Shown one piece after another: positions 57,401 through 64,000 of a stretch of DNA of 64,000 bases. The position numbers and the translations under genes were made by a program. The stretch lies in the NCBI GenBank assembly GCA_964016885.1, contig OZ024745.1, forward strand, positions 11,780,001-11,844,000. Direction: 5' to 3'. This DNA is from Eledone cirrhosa. Taxonomy: Eukaryota. Below the pieces are notes generated by a model, which saw only the letters and a program-made list of their open reading frames with translations, searched no databases and was not told the DNA's origin. Each line of letters begins with the position of its first letter. Within the stretch, counting starts at the first letter, position 1.

Positions 57401-60400
57401 ATACAGAGAGGATTTATATTACATTGAGGACGGTAGAGGAAGATACAGAGAGGATTTATATTACATTGAGGACGGTAGAGGAAGATACAGAGAGGATTTA
57501 TATTATATTGAGTACAGTAGAGGAAGATACAGAGAGGATTTATATTACATTGAGGACGGTAGAGGAAGATACAGAGAAGATTTATATTACATTGAGGACG
57601 GTAGAGGAAGATACAGAGAAGATTTATATTACATTGAGGGCGGTAGAGGAAGATACAGAGAGGATTTATATTACATTGAGGGCGGTAGAGGAAGATACAG
57701 TGAGGATTTATATTACATTGAGGGCGGTAGAGGAAGGTACATTGAGGATTTATATTACATTGAGGAGGGCAGAGGAAGGTACAGAGAAGATTTATATTAC
57801 ATTGAGGACGGTAGAGGAAGGTACAGAGAAGATTTATATTACATTGAGGACGGTAGAGGAAGATATAGAGAAGATTTATATTACATTGAGGACGGTAGAG
57901 GAAGGTACATTGAGGATTTATATTACATTGAGGACGGTAGAGGAAGGTACAGAGAAGATTTATATTACATTGAGGACGGTAGAGGAAGATACAGAGAAGA
58001 TTTATATTACATTGAGGGCGGTAGAGGAAGATATAGAGAGATTTATATTACATTGAGGACGGTAGAGGAAGGTACAGAGAAGATTTATATTACATTGACG
58101 ACGGTAGAGGAAGATACAGAGAAGATTTATATTACATTGAGGACGGTAGAGGAAGATATAGAGAGATTTATATTACATTGAGGACGGTAGAAGAAGGTAC
58201 AGAGAGGATTTATATTACATTGAGGACGGTAGAGGAAGGTACTGAGAAGATTTATATTACCTTGAGGACGGTAGAGGAAGGTACAGAGAAGATTTATATT
58301 ACATTGAGGACGGTAGAAGAAAGTACAGAGAAGATTTATATTACATTGAGGACGGTAGAGGAAGATACAGTGAGGATTTATATTACATTGAGGACGGTAG
58401 AGGAAGGTACAGAGAGGATTTATATTACATTGGGGACGGTAGAGGAAGGTACAGAGAGGATTTATATTACATTGAGGGCGGTAGAGGAAGGTACAGAGAA
58501 GGTTTATATTACATTGAGAGCGGTAGAGGTAGATACAGAGAAGATTTATATTACATTGAGGACGGTAGAGGAAGGTACAGAGAAGATTTATATTACATTG
58601 AGGACGGTAGAGGAAGATACAGAGAAGATTTATTTTACATTGATGACGGTAGAGGAAGATACAGAGAAGATTTATATTACATTGAGGAGGGTAGAGGAAG
58701 GTACAGAGAAGATTTATATTACATTGAGGACGGTAGAGGAAGGTACAGAGAAGATTTATATTACATTGAGGACGGTAGAGGAAGATACAGAGAAGATTTA
58801 TATTACATTGAGGGCGGTAGAGGAAGGTACATTGAGGATTTATATTACATTGAGGACGGTAGAGGAAGGTACAGAGAAGATTTATATTACATTGAGGACG
58901 GTAGAGGAAGGTACTGAGAAGATTTATATTACCTTGAGGACGGTAGAGGAAGGTACAGAGAAGATTTATATTACATTGAGGACGGTAGAGGAAGATATAG
59001 AGAGATTTATATTACATTGAGGACGGTAGAGGAAGGTACTGAGAAGATTTATATTACCTTGAGGAGGGTAGAGGAAGGTACAGAGAAGATTTATATTACA
59101 TTGAGGACGGTAGAGGAAGGTACAGAGAAGATTTATATTACATTGAGAACGGTAGAGGAAGATACAGAGAGGATTTATATTACATTGAGGACGGTAGAGG
59201 AAGATACAGAGAGGATTTATATTACATTGAGGACGGTAGAGGAAGATACAGAGAGGATTTATATTATATTGAGTACAGTAGAGGAAGATACAGAGAGGAT
59301 TTATATTTCATTGAGGACGGTAGAGGAAGATACAGTGAGGATTTATATTACATTGAGGACGGTAGAGGAAGGTACAGAGAGGACTTATATTACATTGAGG
59401 ACGGTAGAGGAAGGTACAGAGAGGATTTATATTACATTGAGGGCGGTAGAGGAAGGTACAGAGAAGATTTATATTACATTGAGGACGGTAGAGGAAGATA
59501 CAGAGAAGATTTATATTACATTGAGGACGGTAGAGGAAGGTACGGAGAAGATTTATATTACATTGAGGACGGTAGAGGAACATACAGAGAAGATTTATAT
59601 TACATTGAGGACGGTAAAGTTAGATATAGTGAAGATTTATATTACATTGAGGGCGGTAGAGGAAGATACATTGAGCATTTATATTACATTGAGGACGGTA
59701 GAGGAAGGTACAGAGAAGATTTATATTACCTTGAGGACGGTAGAGGAAGGTACAGAGAAGATTTATATTACATTGAGGACGGTAGAAGAATGTACAGAGA
59801 AGATTTATATTACATTGAGGACGGTTGAGGAAGGTACAGAGAAGATTTATATTACATTGAGGACGGTAGAGGAGGATAAAGAGAGGATTTATATTACATT
59901 GAGGACGGTAGAGGAAGATACAGAGAGGATTTATATTACATTGAGGACGGTAGAGGAAGGTACAGAGAACAGTTATATTACATTTAGGACAGTAGAGGAA
60001 GATATAGAGAAGATTTATATTACATTGAGGAAGGTAGAGGAAGGTACAGAGAGGATTTATATTACATTGAGGGCGGTAGAGGAAGGTACAGAGAAGATTT
60101 ATATTACATTGAAGACGGTAGAGGAAGGTACAGAGAGGATTTATATTATATTGAGTACAGTAGAGGAAGATACAGAGAGGATTTATATTACATTGAGGAC
60201 GGTAGAGGAAGGTACAGAGAGGATTTATATTACATTGAGGGCGATAGAGGAAGATAAATTGAGGATTTATATTACATTGAGGACGGTAGAGGAAGGTACA
60301 GAGAGGATTTATATTACATTGAGGACGGTAGAGGAAGGTACAGAGAGGATTTATATTACATTGAGGGCGGTAGAGGAAGGTACAGAGAAGATTTATATTA

Positions 60401-63400
60401 CATTGAGGACGGTAGAGGAAGGTACAGAGAAGATTTATATTACATTGAGGACGGTAGAGAAAGTTACAGTCAGGATTTCTATTACATTGAGGACGGTAGA
60501 GGTAGATACAGAGAAGATTTATATTACATTGAGGACGGTAGAGGAAGTTACAGAGAAGATTTATATTACATTGAAGACGGTAGAGGATGGTACAGAGAAG
60601 ATTTATATTACATTGAGGACGGTATAGGAAGATATAGAGAAGATTTATATTACATTGAGGACGGTAGAGGAAGGTAGAGAGAAGATTTATATTACATTGA
60701 GGACGGTAGAGGAAGATACAGAGAAGATTTATATTACATTGAGGACGGTAGAGGAAGGTACAGAGACGACTTATATTACATTGAGGACGGTAGAGGAATG
60801 TAGAGAGAAGAGTTATATTACAATGAGGACGGTAGAGGAAGGTACAGAGAAGATTTATATTACATTGAGGACGGTAGAGGAAGATACAGTCAGGATTTCT
60901 ATTACATTGAGGACGCTAGAGGTAGATACAGAGAAGATTTATATTACATTGAGGACGGTAGAGGAAGATACAGAGAAGATTTATATTACATTGAAGACGG
61001 TAGAGGAAGGTACAGAGAAGATTTATATTACATTGAGGAGGGTAGAGGAAGATATAGAGAAAATTTATATTACATTGAGGACGGTAGAGGAAGGTACAGA
61101 GAAGATTTATATTACATTGAGGACGGTAGAGGAAGGTACAGGGAAGATTTATATTACATTGAGGACGGTAGAGGAAGGTACAGAGAAGATTTATATTACA
61201 TTGAGGACGGTAGAGGAAGATACAGAGAAGATTTATATTACACTGAGGACGGTAGAGGAAGGTACAGTGAGGATTTATATTACATTGAGGACGGTAGAGG
61301 AAGGTACAGTGAGGATTTATATTACATTGAGAACGGTAGAGGAAGGTACAGAGAAGATTTATATAACATTGAAGACGGTAGAGGAAGGTACAGTGAGGAT
61401 TTATATTACATTGAGGACGGTAGAGGAAGGTACAGAGAAGATTTATATTACATTGAGGACGGTAGAGGAAGGTACTGAGAAGATTTATATTACCTTGAGG
61501 ACGGTAGAGGAAGGTACAGAGAAGATTTATATTACATTGAGGACGGTAGAGGAAGGTACAGAGACGACTTATATTACATTGAGGACGGTAGAGGAAGGTA
61601 CAGAGAGGATTTATATTACATTGAGGGCGGTAGAGGAAGGTACAGAGAAGATTTATATTACATTGAGAGCGGTAGAGGAAGATACAGAGAATATTTATAT
61701 TACATTGAGGACGGTAGAGGAAGGTACAGAGATGATTTATATTACATTGAGGACGGTAGAGGAAGATACAGAGAAGATTTATATTACATTGAGGACGGTA
61801 GAGGAAGATATAGAGAAGATTTATATTACATTGAGGAGGGTAGAGGAAGGTACAGAGAAGATTTATATTACATTGAGGAGGGTAGAAGAAGATATAGAGA
61901 AGATTTATATTACATTGAGGACGGTAGAGGAAGGTACATTGAGGATTTATATTACATTGAGGACGGTAGAGGAAGGTACAGAGAAGATTTATATCACATT
62001 AAGGACGGTAGAGGAAGATACAGAGAGGATTTATATTACATTGAGGACGGTAGAGGAAGATACAGTGAGGATTTATATTACATAGAGGACGGTAGAGAAA
62101 GATATAGAGAAGATTTATATTACATTCAGGACGGTAGAGGAAGATATAGAGAAGATTTATATTACATTGAGGACGGTAGAGGAAGATACAGAGAAGATTT
62201 ATATTACATTGAGGACGGTAGAGGAAGATATAGAGAAGATTTATATTACATTCAGGACGGTAGAGGAAGGTACAGAGAAGATTTATATTACATTGAGGAC
62301 GGTAGAGGAAGGTACAGAGAAGATTTATATTACATTGAGGACGGTAGAGGAAGATATAGAGAAGATTTATATTACATTGATGACGGTAGAGGAAGGTACA
62401 GAGAAGATTTATATTACATTGAGGACGGTAGAGGAAGGTACAGAGAAGATTTATATTACATTGAGGACGGTAGAGGAAGATACAGTGAGGATTTATATTA
62501 CATTGAGGGCGGTAGAGGAAGATACAGTGAGGATTTATATTACATTGAGGGCGGTAGAGGAAGGTACATTGAGGATTTATATTACATTGAGGAGGGCAGA
62601 GGAAGGTACAGAGAAGATTTATATTACATTGAGGACGGTAGAGGAAGGTACAGAGAAGATTTATATTACATTGAGGACGGTAGAGGAAGATATAGAGAAG
62701 ATTTATATTACATTGAGGACGGCAGAGGAAGATACAGAGAGGATTTATATTACATTGAGGACAGCAGAGGAAGATACAGTGAGTATTTATATTACATTGA
62801 GGACGGCAGAGGAAGATATAGTGAAGATTTATATTACATTGAGGAAGGTAGAGGAAGGTACAGAGAAGATTTATATTACATTGAGGACGGTAGAGGAAGA
62901 TACAGAGAGGATTTATATTACATTGAGGACGGTAGAGGAAGATACAGAGAGGATTTATATTACATTGAGGACGGTAGAGGAAGATACAGAGAGGATTTAT
63001 ATTATATTGAGTACAGTAGAGGAAGATACAGAGAGGATTTATATTACATTGAGGACGGTAGAGGAAGATACAGAGAAGATTTATATTACATTGAGGACGG
63101 TAGAGGAAGATACAGAGAAGATTTATATTACATTGAGGGCGGTAGAGGAAGATACAGAGAGGATTTATATTACATTGAGGGCGGTAGAGGAAGATACAGT
63201 GAGGATTTATATTACATTGAGGGCGGTAGAGGAAGGTACATTGAGGATTTATATTACATTGAGGAGGGCAGAGGAAGGTACAGAGAAGATTTATATTACA
63301 TTGAGGACGGTAGAGGAAGGTACAGAGAAGATTTATATTACATTGAGGACGGTAGAGGAAGATATAGAGAAGATTTATATTACATTGAGGACGGTAGAGG

Positions 63401-64000
63401 AAGGTACATTGAGGATTTATATTACATTGAGGACGGTAGAGGAAGGTACAGAGAAGATTTATATTACATTGAGGACGGTAGAGGAAGATACAGAGAAGAT
63501 TTATATTACATTGAGGGCGGTAGAGGAAGATATAGAGAGATTTATATTACATTGAGGACGGTAGAGGAAGGTACAGAGAAGATTTATATTACATTGACGA
63601 CGGTAGAGGAAGATACAGAGAAGATTTATATTACATTGAGGACGGTAGAGGAAGATATAGAGAGATTTATATTACATTGAGGACGGTAGAAGAAGGTACA
63701 GAGAGGATTTATATTACATTGAGGACGGTAGAGGAAGGTACTGAGAAGATTTATATTACCTTGAGGACGGTAGAGGAAGGTACAGAGAAGATTTATATTA
63801 CATTGAGGACGGTAGAAGAAAGTACAGAGAAGATTTATATTACATTGAGGACGGTAGAGGAAGATACAGTGAGGATTTATATTACATTGAGGACGGTAGA
63901 GGAAGGTACAGAGAGGATTTATATTACATTGGGGACGGTAGAGGAAGGTACAGAGAGGATTTATATTACATTGAGGGCGGTAGAGGAAGGTACAGAGAAG
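21406..64000 (+). repeat. 42-bp satellite array, about 1,000 units, more than 42 kb, with higher-order structure and continuing beyond the window
   Basis: Consensus GAAGATTTATATTACATTGAGGACGGTAGAGGAAGRTACAGA in a single orientation with no insertions seen. Occasional 39-43-bp units. The consensus is open in two frames (EDLYYIEDGRGRYR and RTVEEDTEKIYITL). Confidence 0.99.

Noticed and set aside
21422-63555. Dozens of long RTVEEDTEKIYITL ORFs as genes
   Set aside because: Most start at TTG or GTG inside the monomer. Common variants are non-synonymous or create TAG in this frame, so they are a by-product of a 42-bp unit.
21406-64000. CRISPR array
   Set aside because: The units are contiguous with no unique spacers, there are no cas genes, and the context is eukaryotic.

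Overview
Repeat-dominated, AT-rich eukaryotic DNA. The SINE sequences and microsatellite density suggest a cephalopod, probably an octopus; this is inferred from recognising the repeats, not from a database search. No complete protein-coding gene can be supported. Bases 1-21.4 kb contain a 19-bp minisatellite, a 200-N gap, microsatellites, about 15 SINE copies or fragments, a cluster of non-autonomous Helitron-like elements, three long inverted repeats, several VNTRs and one weak exon candidate near 19.7 kb. From 21406 to the window end lies one 42-bp tandem array of about 1,000 units (consensus GAAGATTTATATTACATTGAGGACGGTAGAGGAAGATACAGA) with nested higher-order duplications. Its commonest variants fall mainly on third codon positions of one frame (EDLYYIEDGRGRYR), which the ORF track mostly misses. 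Stop and frameshift units also occur, so coding function is unproven.
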